Shown: positions 21,680-31,303 of the stretch, one piece after another
How the letters are laid out: each line of letters begins with the position of its first letter
Position numbering within the stretch: the stretch's first letter is position 1
Source of the DNA: Ostreococcus lucimarinus
Lineage: Eukaryota
Length of the DNA stretch: 64,000 nucleotides
Direction: 5' to 3' (one strand)
NCBI GenBank assembly: GCA_000092065.1
Contig: CP000583.1
The notes under the pieces: model-generated
Seen by the model: the letters and a program-made list of their open reading frames with translations, nothing else
What the model was told of the DNA's origin: nothing
The model's database searches: none
Made by a program: the position numbers and the translations under genes

Positions 21680-22357
21680 AAGATATAGCCAACGTAGTAA
21701 TACATCGCCGGCGACGGATGTCGATCCGGACGACGTCGTCATCGCCGTCGCGTCGCGCGCCCGCGCGACCGTCGCGCCCCGTGTCTCTCACCTCACATCG
21801 TTCAAACCTAAATCCTTCCACGTCTCGTCTTCGTTTCCTCCCGTCCCGCCGTCCTCTGTCGCGAAAACCGAACCGTCGTCGTCGTCGTCTCGTCAGTCGT
21901 TCGCCTCGAACGCGCGCGCGTCGTCCGCGCGCCTCGTCCGCCCCACTCCACGCACCGTTCCCCTCCTCCGCGTCGTCCACCGGCGCCGCCATCTCCGCGT
22001 TCAACCGCACCGCTGCGCGCGCCGTCGTCCATCGTTCGCCTCGTCAGTCGCCGTCGCCTTTTTCCGCGTCGCCGTCGTCTCGCGTTTTTCACGCGCGCCC
22101 GCGCGTTTCGTCCCCGGTCCCGACGCACCGTCGTCCGGCAGCGCGTCGTTCGCCCACGCGTCGTCGACGACGTCGATCGCGCGCCAGTCCGCGCGCACCG
22201 CGCCGTCCTCCATCGTCGTCGTCTGTCGCGCGTGCGACGCGATTCGTTGCGACGCCGCGCGCGTGTTTTGAAAAACGCGCGAAACATACCACCGAGGGCG
22301 GACCCGAGATAGCACTATAACGGATCCGAATACCACTAAAGCGGCCCCGAACCGGAA

Positions 22358-22366
22358 AAATTTATA
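22358..22366 (+). promoter_or_regulatory. TATA-like element (TTTATATAT) in the gene-free spacer upstream of the carrier gene.
   Basis: It is one of the few AT-only stretches in the GC-rich spacer and lies 250-450 bp upstream of the candidate start codons. Confidence 0.2.
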
Positions 22367-22465
22367 TATCGCCCCTTTAGAGAGTACCTACACACATGAC
22401 GAGTCATGAACCGTGGATATATACGTATTTTACACCGAACCACTTAAAGCGGACCCAAAAAATGC

Positions 22466-22516
22466 GGTCGGTCGGTCGGTCGGTCGGTCGGTCGGTCGGT
22501 CGGTCGGTCGGTCGGT
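22466..22516. repeat. (TCGG)n tetranucleotide microsatellite, about 13 units.
   Basis: Direct reading shows gcggtcggtcggtcgg...tcggtcgccgcg. Confidence 0.95.
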
Positions 22517-22563
22517 CGGTCGGTCGGTCGCCGCGTGGGGGCCTCGCGCGCGATGATTATCGT

Positions 22564-22612
22564 CGCGTCTGGATAACGCGTCATCGCGCGACGACGCGTT
22601 ATCCAGACGCGC
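22564..22612. repeat. Perfect 19-bp inverted repeat (CGCGTCTGGATAACGCGTC ... GACGCGTTATCCAGACGCG) with an 11-nt spacer, ending 1 nt before ATG 22614.
   Basis: The arms are exact reverse complements. It would form a strong hairpin in DNA or in a 5' leader. Confidence 0.85.
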
Positions 22613-22613
22613 G

Positions 22614-23690
22614 ATGACGATGGCTCGCGACGGTGACGACGCGCGAGCGCTCATCTACGGCCTGCGACCGTTCGCGCCGAGCGCGGCGCTGCGACGACGA
22701 CGCGATGGGGGGGCGGGACTCGACGCGACGACGCGCGGCGGCCGCGCGCCGGGCGCGCGCGCGCGAGGGACGAACGCGGCGCCGTTCGCGGCGAGCGCGA
22801 GCGAAAGCGACGCGGCGGGGATGAAATTCGCGAAGGATGTGTTCGCGGGGACGTGCGGCGGGGTCACGGTGACGCTGCTGGGGCACCCGTTCGACACGGT
22901 GAAGGTTTTGTTGCAGACGCAGAGCAGTAAGAATCCGGTGTACTCGGGGGCGGTGGACGCGGCGAGCAAGGTGATCAAGGCGGAGGGCGTGGGAGGATTG
23001 TATCGTGGGGTGACGTCGCCGCTCGCGGGACAGATGTTCTTCCGGGCGACGCTGTTTTTTGCGTACGCGCGCGCGAAGGAATTCGTGGGGGTGTCTCCGG
23101 AGGACCCGCTGAGTTACGCGAAGGCGGGCGCGATGGCGTGGTTGGCGGGGACGTTCTTTGAGTCTCCGATCGATTTGTACAAATCGCAGTGGCAATGTCA
23201 ACTCGTCAAGGCGAAGGCTGATCCCACGTACAAGTCGCCGTACGGAAGCGTGGTGGACGTCGTCAAGGAGTCGTGGAAGTACAACGGCGTTCGCGGGCCG
23301 TACCAGGCGTTTCACGCGACGATGGCGCGGAACTTGCCCGCCGGCGCGGTGTACTTTGGGGTGTTTGAAAACGTGAAGAACTCGTTCGCGAAGACGAACG
23401 AGGATGGAAAAGCGACGAACGCGCAAATTATTTTATCCGGAGGCATCGGTGGTTTCTTTTACTGGTCGTTGTTCTATCCCATCGACGTCATCAAGAGCGC
23501 CTTGATGACGGACGCCGTGAACCCGGCCAAGCGCAAATTTACCGGATTCTTCGATGCCGCGGGCAAGCTGTACGCCTCGGGCGGCGTCAAGGCTTTTTAC
23601 AGAGGCCTTGTCCCGTGTCTCTTGCGCGCGTCTCCCGCCAACGCGGGTATGCTCTTCACGGTGGACTACATTCGGCGCATCATAGATTGA
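22614..23690 (+). CDS. Mitochondrial carrier family protein, carnitine/acylcarnitine (or ornithine) carrier-like. An alternative start at ATG 22821 (MKFAKDV...) would make a canonical-length carrier.
   Basis: GHPFDTVKVLLQTQ and three carrier repeats are present. The roughly 70-aa N-terminal extension encoded from 22614 is Arg/Ala-rich, so it may be a presequence or 5' UTR. Confidence 0.75.
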   Translation: MTMARDGDDARALIYGLRPFAPSAALRRRRDGGAGLDATTRGGRAPGARARGTNAAPFAASASESDAAGMKFAKDVFAGTCGGVTVTLLGHPFDTVKVLLQTQSSKNPVYSGAVDAASKVIKAEGVGGLYRGVTSPLAGQMFFRATLFFAYARAKEFVGVSPEDPLSYAKAGAMAWLAGTFFESPIDLYKSQWQCQLVKAKADPTYKSPYGSVVDVVKESWKYNGVRGPYQAFHATMARNLPAGAVYFGVFENVKNSFAKTNEDGKATNAQIILSGGIGGFFYWSLFYPIDVIKSALMTDAVNPAKRKFTGFFDAAGKLYASGGVKAFYRGLVPCLLRASPANAGMLFTVDYIRRIID

Positions 23691-23761
23691 TTTGTTTAGG
23701 AGATTTTAAGTCAGTACTATCACCGACACATCGCTCAACGGATTCTAGTGTCTAATCGGCG

Positions 23762-24379
23762 TTACAATTCTAATTTCTTCGCGGCGACGACCACACCGTC
23801 GGCGTCGGCGTACACGTAGCTCCCCGGCTCGAAATCGACGCCGGCGAAACTCACCCGCGCGTCTCGACGTCCCGGATCCCGCTTACTACTCTTCAACGGG
23901 TGCGTCCCTATCGCCTTCACGCCGACATCAAATCTCGCGATATCTTCGCTATCACGCACGCACCCATTCACGATGATACCACTCCATCCATTCGTCGCCG
24001 CCATCTCCGCCAAGTTGTCTCCCAACAGCGCGCAGCGCGTCGACGCGCCGCCGTCGACGACGAGCACTCGCCCCCTCCCCGGCTCTTCGAGCGCCGCTCG
24101 GACGAGAGGATTATTTTCGTAGCACGACACGGTCGTCACCTCACCGTGAAACCGTCGTCGACCGCCGAAATCCTTGAAATAATTCGGCGTCGCCACGCGC
24201 ACCGCGCGCGCCGTCGTCGCGTCGTCCACGTTTTCTGGATGATGCGCGTCGCACGCGTCCGCCGTGCCGAACCTCGACGCGTTCGCGGGCGGTGACGGCG
24301 TCGCGGGCGTCGCGTGCGTCGTCGTCGAACGCGCGGCCGAGCGCGCGACCTCGAGCGCGAGTCGACGCGCGCGCGACAT
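23762..24379 (-). CDS. RraA/MenG-family protein (4-hydroxy-4-methyl-2-oxoglutarate aldolase or RNase E regulator-like).
   Basis: VDGGASTRCALLGDNLAEMAATNGWSGIIVNGCVRDSEDI is the RraA-family core. The track start is GTG; first ATG at 24379. Confidence 0.65.
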   Translation of the reverse strand: MSRARRLALEVARSAARSTTTHATPATPSPPANASRFGTADACDAHHPENVDDATTARAVRVATPNYFKDFGGRRRFHGEVTTVSCYENNPLVRAALEEPGRGRVLVVDGGASTRCALLGDNLAEMAATNGWSGIIVNGCVRDSEDIARFDVGVKAIGTHPLKSSKRDPGRRDARVSFAGVDFEPGSYVYADADGVVVAAKKLEL

Positions 24380-24534
24380 CGCGCGCGCCGCTGTGGGGAC
24401 CGGTCGGGCGCGTCCCCAAACCACGGCGCGTCCCGACGCGCGCGCGACGGCGTCGACGCGTCGACGACGGATCGACGCGCGTGAGACGATAGCGTGCGAA
24501 CGCTCGATCGTCTCGCGCGCGATCGACGCGCGCG

Positions 24535-25284
24535 ATGGAGCGATGCGCGGAGGAACAAGCGATGGAAATCGAGGCGCTGGAGAGCATCCTCATGGGTGAC
24601 ATGCGTAAACTTCCCGACGATTCCGGGGACGGGATCGCCTCGATCGCGAACTGCGCGCAATACCAGATTGAAATCAGCGCGTACGGTGATAACGATAGCG
24701 TGCCCGAGGACGAGGACGAGGACGACGCGGTGTTGGGATTGGTGTTCGCGCACTCGGAGACGTACCCGGACGAGCCGCCGAGCCTGAAGTGTCGCAGCGT
24801 GCGAGGCCTGCGCGAGCACGAGTTGGCGGATATCAGCGCGAAAGTGATGAAACAGGCGAGTGAGAGCGTGGGGGCGCCGATGATTTTTGACTTGGTGCAG
24901 ACGTGTAAGGAGTGGATGCGTCGGCGCGTCGGCGCGAGCGACGTCGTCGACGAGGAAACCGAGGAGCAGCTCAAGGCTCGACTCGAGGCCGAGGCCGAGG
25001 AGCGCTTGCGTCAAATGCGTCTCGTGGGCACGCCCGTGACACCAGAGAACTTCAAGGCGTGGCAGGCGGCATACATGGCGGAGATGGGCGAATCTCTCGT
25101 GCCCGCCGAGTCGCGCGTCGACGGCAGGCTCACCGGTCGGCGATACTTTGAGACGCGTTCGGCGAAGGAATTACAGGATGATCTCGACGCCCAGGACGAG
25201 GACGGGGACTCCATCGACGGCAACGACGATGATGATGATGACTTCAGTTCTTCCGACCGATCAGACTCCGATCGCGATGATTAA
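24535..25284 (+). CDS. RWDD1: RWD domain-containing protein 1 (RWDD1/GIR2/DFRP2-like) with an acidic tail.
   Basis: MEIEALESILMGDM...YQIEISAY...PDEPPSLK is an RWD domain, followed by a coiled region and a poly-Asp/Ser tail. ATG verified at 24535. Divergent from the RraA-like gene, with a 156-bp spacer. Confidence 0.7.
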   Translation: MERCAEEQAMEIEALESILMGDMRKLPDDSGDGIASIANCAQYQIEISAYGDNDSVPEDEDEDDAVLGLVFAHSETYPDEPPSLKCRSVRGLREHELADISAKVMKQASESVGAPMIFDLVQTCKEWMRRRVGASDVVDEETEEQLKARLEAEAEERLRQMRLVGTPVTPENFKAWQAAYMAEMGESLVPAESRVDGRLTGRRYFETRSAKELQDDLDAQDEDGDSIDGNDDDDDDFSSSDRSDSDRDD

Positions 25285-25412
25285 TCGTTCGCGTAAAGCG
25301 CGCATAGCCTAGGATAGTTGTAGAGCTCGGATAGCACGAAGTCGAATAGGAAACGTCACACCGCCGCGCTGGCGCGCGCGGCGCCCCGTCGGGGCCGACA
25401 CAGCGACGCGCG

Positions 25413-26918
25413 ATGGACAATCCTTACGCTGACCTCAGCGCCGCGAACGATGAGGAATCAGCCGGCCTCGTCCGCGCGAACGACGAAAACGCGTGCGACT
25501 CGAGCTCGAACGATGAAAACGCGTCACCGCTCGTTCAGTTAGACGCCACGGAACACTCGGTCGACGCCAGGCTGCCGCGAGCGGACGTGCGGACGATTGC
25601 GCTGAACACGTGGCTTTACATGGCGACGCCGATGTCCATGCCGGCCACGGTCGCCGTCGCGGGCGCGAGATGGTCGATGGTTTTTTTCACATACAGCGCG
25701 GGGTCCACGTACTGGACCGGACGCGTGCTGGGAAAGGCGTTTTTAGCCGATCCGACGTGCACTACGTACGCGAAGATGACGTCTAAGGCGGCGTCGCGGG
25801 TGCTGATTCGTCGGGGCGTAGACGAGAGCAAAGTGGGGAAGTGGGAGCCGCGCATCGAGTTTGCGGTCCTCGTGTTGCAGTTTGTCACGTATTATCTCGA
25901 TGCAACCGTCCAGATAGTGTACATAACGCAGTACTTTGGCCAGACGTTCACAAATGTGAAGATGTGTAGCGCGACCTGGGCGTTGTTCGTGGGCGTGATG
26001 TCGTTACCCGTGGTGCAGATTCCCACGATTCACGACTCTGGGCGCGTCGTAGCGCTACCGTGCGTCGCGGTTGTCGTCGCTCTCGCGGTGTTTTTCGGTG
26101 AGATCCTGTCCACAAGACCGTGGGAGAAGTGTGACCCAGGACCAACGTACGGTCGCGTCGTGACGAGCGCGAGCGTGTTCAATTCGCTTGGGAACTTTGC
26201 GTATGGATTTGGTGGACACGGCTTGTATCCCGAGGAGTTGCGCGAGATGAAACATCCCGAAGATTGGCCGAAGGTGCTGAACATCACGTACGGCACGATG
26301 GTTCCAATATATTTGCTCGTGATGTACTGGGGTTACAAAGCATACGGTGATTTCGCGAAGGGAAATATTAACTTGAACTTTCCGCACAATGGCGCAAACA
26401 TTGTCTCCATGCTGATGCAAAGCGTTCAGTGTTATTATGGCGTCTTCTTCACCTCCATTACGCTCATGATGCGAATTGAGACGTATTTGGGAGTTGACCC
26501 AACACGAGGCTGGAGCGTCGTCACGCGATACGGCGTCTCACCGGCGGTATTTCGCCTTGTGTTTCGAACATTCTTTCTCGCCACCGAAGTCATAGTCGCC
26601 GCGATTTTCCTTGCGGTATCTGGAGACGTCATTCTCGACATCCAATCGCTCGCAGGAGCGGTTGGTATGACGGCTATGACGTTTTTCCTTCCTTCGTTGA
26701 TTCATTACGGGTTCAACATGACTGAAAGGTCGTCAAATCTCGAACGGTTCTGGGTCGTGGTGAACTTCACGATGGGCGTCGCGATCATGTTTTCGGGCTT
26801 GTACGGGTCGCTGTCGAGCCTTTTCGCGAACAAGCTCGTGGACCAGTGCCCGGTGGAGTACGTTTACGCCCCGCACGACCCGAGAGATCCGTGTTACGTC
26901 AGTGGCATTCACTACTGA
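25413..26918 (+). CDS. Amino acid transporter, AAAP/Aa_trans family (about 11 TM).
   Basis: The hydrophobic profile and motifs (NSLGNFAYGFGGHGLYPEE..., TMVPIYLLVMYWGYKAYGD) match the AAAP family. ATG verified. Confidence 0.7.
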   Translation: MDNPYADLSAANDEESAGLVRANDENACDSSSNDENASPLVQLDATEHSVDARLPRADVRTIALNTWLYMATPMSMPATVAVAGARWSMVFFTYSAGSTYWTGRVLGKAFLADPTCTTYAKMTSKAASRVLIRRGVDESKVGKWEPRIEFAVLVLQFVTYYLDATVQIVYITQYFGQTFTNVKMCSATWALFVGVMSLPVVQIPTIHDSGRVVALPCVAVVVALAVFFGEILSTRPWEKCDPGPTYGRVVTSASVFNSLGNFAYGFGGHGLYPEELREMKHPEDWPKVLNITYGTMVPIYLLVMYWGYKAYGDFAKGNINLNFPHNGANIVSMLMQSVQCYYGVFFTSITLMMRIETYLGVDPTRGWSVVTRYGVSPAVFRLVFRTFFLATEVIVAAIFLAVSGDVILDIQSLAGAVGMTAMTFFLPSLIHYGFNMTERSSNLERFWVVVNFTMGVAIMFSGLYGSLSSLFANKLVDQCPVEYVYAPHDPRDPCYVSGIHY

Positions 26919-26979
26919 GCTCCCTATGTTGTACAAAAATGTATTGTCTAACTTCACTTGGAGCCGCGAGCGCGCGCAA

Positions 26980-28116
26980 ATGTCCGCACTCGGTGCGTTC
27001 GTCCCGCGCATCTCCTCGGCGCGATTTGCGCGACGCGCCCTGACTCCCCATGCGCGCGTGATGTCCGCGAACGCGTCGAAGAGCGAGGACGAAGTCATCC
27101 TTGTCACCGGGGCGACCGGTCGCGTTGGTAAAGAAGTCGTCGCACGGTTATCGGCGATACCCGGATTCAGAGTACGCGCGGCGACGCGGGATAAATCGGC
27201 ATACGCCGAGGCGCTCGGCGCGCACGAAACCGTGGTTTTTGACCTGGAAGATAAATCGACTTGGCCAGGCGCGATACGAGGCGCGACGAGATTGTTCTCG
27301 AGCACGCAGGACAAGCACATCAGCCAGCACATGGAGTTTGTGAAGTGGTTGGGAAACACTCCAGAGGTACGAGATAGCTTAAAGCACATTGTACGGGTGA
27401 GTTGTTTCGGAGCTGATACGAATACAAACTCGTACGATGCGTCTATTCACGTATCGAGACAGAACGCCGGAATACCGCTCATGCTGCAGCATTATTGGTG
27501 GTCCGAGGAATGCTTTATCGAAGCCGGTTTCAAGGAAAAGTTGACTTCTGTTCGAGGTAACTTTTACATGAATCATTTACTGAAGAACGAGCTCGAAAGT
27601 ATAAAGACAAAGGGAATGTTCACGTCGCCTTTGGGAGACTGCAAGAATAGTTTTGTAGCGTGCAACGACATGGCGGAGGCAGCGGTGAGATGCTTCGTCG
27701 AGGGACCTGAAAGACACGGGGATAAATTCTATGACATCTGCGGTGCGCAAAGTACGAGTATGGCTGAAGTGGCTGAGATTTTAACGAAAGCTTTAGCCAC
27801 CGACGAAGCGAAAAATGTGTGCCCGGAAGCCCACGGGAAGCGCATCACGTATGTGCCACAAGACATCGAGCAGTTCGAGCAAGACTTTGGTAGTACGCGA
27901 GCAGAATTTTTCGAGTACCTTCGAAATGGATTCTATTCTCGGTGTTCGCCAGACTTTTATAACATCACCGGTAAACGGCCGATGACGTATTTTGAATATT
28001 TGACGACAAAAGGCGCCGCAGGCGATACCGGTCTGACGGAATTATTTTCTTCGCAGGGCGCGTTGTTCACCAAAGGTGTCGATCAGTTCAAAGATCTCAA
28101 GGATGTCAAGAAGTGA
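26980..28116 (+). CDS. NmrA-like NAD(P)-binding Rossmann protein (atypical short-chain dehydrogenase family).
   Basis: ILVTGATGRVGKEVVARL is a glycine-rich NAD(P) motif and the rest has NmrA-like architecture. The start is ambiguous: the track begins at GTG 26902, and ATGs lie at 26926 and 26980. It sits only 8-60 bp after the preceding gene on the same strand. Confidence 0.6.
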   Translation: MSALGAFVPRISSARFARRALTPHARVMSANASKSEDEVILVTGATGRVGKEVVARLSAIPGFRVRAATRDKSAYAEALGAHETVVFDLEDKSTWPGAIRGATRLFSSTQDKHISQHMEFVKWLGNTPEVRDSLKHIVRVSCFGADTNTNSYDASIHVSRQNAGIPLMLQHYWWSEECFIEAGFKEKLTSVRGNFYMNHLLKNELESIKTKGMFTSPLGDCKNSFVACNDMAEAAVRCFVEGPERHGDKFYDICGAQSTSMAEVAEILTKALATDEAKNVCPEAHGKRITYVPQDIEQFEQDFGSTRAEFFEYLRNGFYSRCSPDFYNITGKRPMTYFEYLTTKGAAGDTGLTELFSSQGALFTKGVDQFKDLKDVKK

Positions 28117-28193
28117 ACACTCTAAATCAGATGTATTAAAAACAGGTGTGTGTTGTCTCTGCTATGGCTCGACCAGAAGCCTTCAACGCTACA

Positions 28194-29063
28194 TCACTCT
28201 TCGTCTTCCGTCGCCTCTAGAACAACCTTCGCGGACGCCGCGTAGTGAAGTTTCGCCGCCGCGATGCACTTCATAAGCGTATCTTCCGTCGCCTCGACTT
28301 CACCGCCTGGCTTAAAAACTCCCCGAAGTAACCCGTCCTCCGTCAACACCACGCTCACCTCGCACTCGCTCAGCGCTTCCTCCTCCCGCGTCGGATCCAC
28401 CAACAAATGTTCTCGATAAAGCGCCGTCGTCAGGCACACCGGCATCGTCTGCACGTCCAAACGCGTCCCCTTTCGCACGCCATCGCCGTTCATCGCCGTT
28501 CCATCACCCTCCAGCGCCACCTTCCCTCGCGTCACCGCGACCTCCGGCAACACGCAGTCCCGCAGCGCCGCCATCACCGCCGTCACCGCGCAATCCGCCG
28601 CCCCTCCGTCATCGCACAGCACTATCACATCCACTCTCACCCGCCACGCGAACGTGCCTCGTTCGACGCACAGCTGCTTCAAATCCTTCCCCAGCACCGC
28701 CGCGTTCGCCACCGCGCTCGCGCACGCCGCCGCCGCCGCCTCCCTTCGCCCCCGCGTCCGTCCGTCTCGCGCGTCCTCGCTCGCCTGCGGCGCGTGATCC
28801 ACCGCTATCTCTAAAAACCCCTCCTCCGGCCGCGTCGCGTCCGGCGTCGCGATCGTCGCCGTGACGCCCGCGCACGCCGTCGTCGCGCCGTGTTTCGCGA
28901 GCGCGCTCCCCAGCGCGCCGCTCGCGACGCCCGTCGCGCACGTTCGCGCCCGCGCGCGCCCGAGCGGTCTTCCGTCCCCTCTCGCGCCGCTCGCCAGCGT
29001 CTTTTCGCACGCCTCGCGCGGGTACAACCGCGCGTACGCCGCGGATTCCATCGTCCGAGACGT
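28194..29063 (-). CDS. Exosome complex RNase-PH-like subunit (RRP42/RRP43/MTR3 class).
   Basis: The RNase PH fold region (GRPLGRARARTCATGVASGALGSALAKHGATTACAGV...DVIVLCDDGGAADCAVTAVMAALRDCVLPEV) is present. ATG chosen at MESAAYARLYP; the track ORF extends about 200 aa further into Arg-rich junk. Confidence 0.6.
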   Translation of the reverse strand, partial: TSRTMESAAYARLYPREACEKTLASGARGDGRPLGRARARTCATGVASGALGSALAKHGATTACAGVTATIATPDATRPEEGFLEIAVDHAPQASEDARDGRTRGRREAAAAACASAVANAAVLGKDLKQLCVERGTFAWRVRVDVIVLCDDGGAADCAVTAVMAALRDCVLPEVAVTRGKVALEGDGTAMNGDGVRKGTRLDVQTMPVCLTTALYREHLLVDPTREEEALSECEVSVVLTEDGLLRGVFKPGGEVEATEDTLMKCIAAAKLHYAASAKVVLEATEDEE

Positions 29064-29157
29064 CCGAGGTGTGGGGGAACGACGCGCGCGCCTCGCGCCC
29101 GTCGCGCCGCATCGCGACGCGCGCGCGCGCGATCTCGCGTCTCGATCGTCTCGGACG

Positions 29158-30282
29158 ATGTTCGCGAACGACGCCGCGGGCGCCGATCGGCGCGGGACGC
29201 CCGCGAGGCGCGGGCGAGACGAGGACGCGCGCGCGCTCGCGACGCCGCGCGCGGACGCGCGGGCGCGGCGCGGCGATTTCGCGTCGCCGGTGACGGCGGG
29301 GCGAACGCGCGAGCGCGACGACGGACGCGCGATCGGGACGATGGAGGAAAGGGCGGGGATCGGGTCGGCGACGCGCGACGGCGCGCGCGGCGCGGGCGAG
29401 CGGGCGAGCGAGGCGAGGGGGGCGCCAAAGTTTTCGTCGTTGCTCTTCGCGTCGCCGGGGGCGAATCGAGAGACGACGCCGAGCGGAGGGTTGTGTCGCA
29501 CGGAGAGCCTCGCGGGAGGTGGATCGACGCCGAGGACGAGCGGGGGGTCGAACAGGTACTTTGGCGGCGGTGGACCGGCGAGCGCGAACCGAGGGAAACT
29601 GGAGGAGCGCGCGACGCCGGCGCCGGCGCCCGTCATCGGAGGGGTGTCGAGCCGAGGAACGCCGCTGTTCGCGCGCACGGAGACGGGTGGGGATGATCAC
29701 ACGCCCGGATTCTTGCGAAGGGCGATCGAGAAGACGCACGCGGAGAACGCGGCGGGGATCGACGCGCGAGGAGGCGAGGAGGCGTTGAACTCGTGGTTGG
29801 GAGCGCGCGGGGCGAAAGCGATCGACGCGCGCGGCGCGCCGTCGACGACGAACGCGGCGTTCACGACAGCGGCGGTGTTGAGCGATTCAGAGGCGGAGCA
29901 TTGGGTCACCGTGTACGGGTTTTCAAAGGATGAAAAGGCTGTCGTTTTGCGCGAGTTTCAACGCGACGGCGACATCGTCAACTTTGGCGCGTTCAACGAC
30001 AGTGGGATCTCAGTGAACTGGTTGCACGTCAGATTTGCTACGAAAGAAAGCGCCCGTCGCGCGTTGCGTAGAAACGGTCAAAACATTAGCGGAATCATGG
30101 TCGGCGTGAAGGAGCTCGACGCCAAGTCCAGAGCGGACGTCGGCGCGGGCGGATCTGGCGAAGGCAGACTATCGCGAAACGCGTCCGTGCGGCGCGTGGC
30201 GCCGATGCGCGACGGTATTTCTCTTCAACCGCGCCAGCGCACGACTTGGGACAAGGTGGTTCAGTTTATTTTCGGCGCGTGA
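29158..30282 (+). CDS. NUP35: Nucleoporin Nup35/Nup53 (RRM-like MPPN domain).
   Basis: HWVTVYGFSKDEKAVVLREFQRDGDIVNFGAFNDSGISVNWLHVRFATKESARRALRRNGQNISGIMVGVKELD is the Nup35 MPPN/RRM domain. ATG at 29158 is in frame. Divergent from the exosome subunit gene. Confidence 0.6.
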   Translation: MFANDAAGADRRGTPARRGRDEDARALATPRADARARRGDFASPVTAGRTRERDDGRAIGTMEERAGIGSATRDGARGAGERASEARGAPKFSSLLFASPGANRETTPSGGLCRTESLAGGGSTPRTSGGSNRYFGGGGPASANRGKLEERATPAPAPVIGGVSSRGTPLFARTETGGDDHTPGFLRRAIEKTHAENAAGIDARGGEEALNSWLGARGAKAIDARGAPSTTNAAFTTAAVLSDSEAEHWVTVYGFSKDEKAVVLREFQRDGDIVNFGAFNDSGISVNWLHVRFATKESARRALRRNGQNISGIMVGVKELDAKSRADVGAGGSGEGRLSRNASVRRVAPMRDGISLQPRQRTTWDKVVQFIFGA

Positions 30283-30340
30283 GCTCGAGTTTGGACGAGC
30301 GACGTCGAAGGGAGCGATGAAATAAAAATCAACACGTAGT

Positions 30341-31150
30341 TTACACAATATCGTCCAGATTCAAGTGTCCCGTCGTCATAAGCTTATCAATCGCTAGTTG
30401 GGCGGTGACGACCGAGGGCATCATCATCACGCCACCGTACATTAATCGTTTCAACTCTCTCGCCGTCACGCGTTCATGCGTCATGTTAAACTCCTCCGCG
30501 TCGCGCTCACCCTCGTTGCACTCCTCACCATCGATGTTCAAGAACGGAAAGCACCTATTCCGACACCACTTCGTCTCCAACAGCCCCGGATTATCGTCGT
30601 CTAGCAGACTCATCAGCGTACCTCCGCGCAACCTCGACTCTTGCTGCAGTTCCTCGCGCGCCACCTCGTCCAAGCTCTCGTGTTTCCCCGGTTCAAAGCA
30701 CCCGCTCGGCAGCACGACGCACTCCGAATTACTCCCTTGCGCGTACTCTCGTATGATGGTAAACTCCGGCTCTCCGCTCACCGTGCGTTCGCGACTGTGA
30801 AACGGCGCCACGCACACGAACCGAAACTCGCTTCTCGGGTGTCCCACGACGTCGTACGCGAACGACCGCGTCGTCCCGTCCTCGTCCGCGAACTCGATCT
30901 CTCGATCGTACACCGTGAGATACCTCGAGTGCACCACGTCTTCGCGCGCGATCGTTCCCGCGCGCACGCTCGCCGCGCGCGTCCCCGTCCCGCCGTCGTC
31001 GCTCGCGCGCGTCTCCGTCCCGCCGTCGTCGCCGCGTCCCATCGCGCGCGCGCGCGCGCTCGGCGCCGTCGCCGCGCGTCGCGCGCGCGTCACCGCCGCC
31101 GCGCTCGATCGCTCGATCGCCGTTCGAGCGCGCGCGCACCGCGCGAGCAT
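30341..31150 (-). CDS. NUDIX hydrolase (ADP-ribose pyrophosphatase-like) with a presequence-like N-terminus.
   Basis: The Nudix box region is GEPEFTIIREYAQGSNSECVVLPSGCFEPGKHESLDEVAREELQQESRL. ATG chosen at MLARCARA (31150). Confidence 0.6.
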   Translation of the reverse strand: MLARCARARTAIERSSAAAVTRARRAATAPSARARAMGRGDDGGTETRASDDGGTGTRAASVRAGTIAREDVVHSRYLTVYDREIEFADEDGTTRSFAYDVVGHPRSEFRFVCVAPFHSRERTVSGEPEFTIIREYAQGSNSECVVLPSGCFEPGKHESLDEVAREELQQESRLRGGTLMSLLDDDNPGLLETKWCRNRCFPFLNIDGEECNEGERDAEEFNMTHERVTARELKRLMYGGVMMMPSVVTAQLAIDKLMTTGHLNLDDIV

Positions 31151-31303
31151 GGGTTTGGCGGACGCGACGTCGGACGCGACGTCGTCGGACGCGACGGGAC
31201 GGCGCGGAAGGTTTTCCGCGGGACGGACGACGCCACTCGCGCGCGCGACGACGACGCGCGCGAACGACGCGAGCGAAACGGAGCGCGGAACGCGACGCGC
31301 GCG

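Noticed and set aside
22466-22516. A regular short repeat array that could be mistaken for a CRISPR-like or satellite array.
   Set aside because: It is a 4-nt-unit microsatellite (TCGG)n with no spacers, in a eukaryotic promoter region. There are no cas genes or prokaryotic features anywhere in the window.
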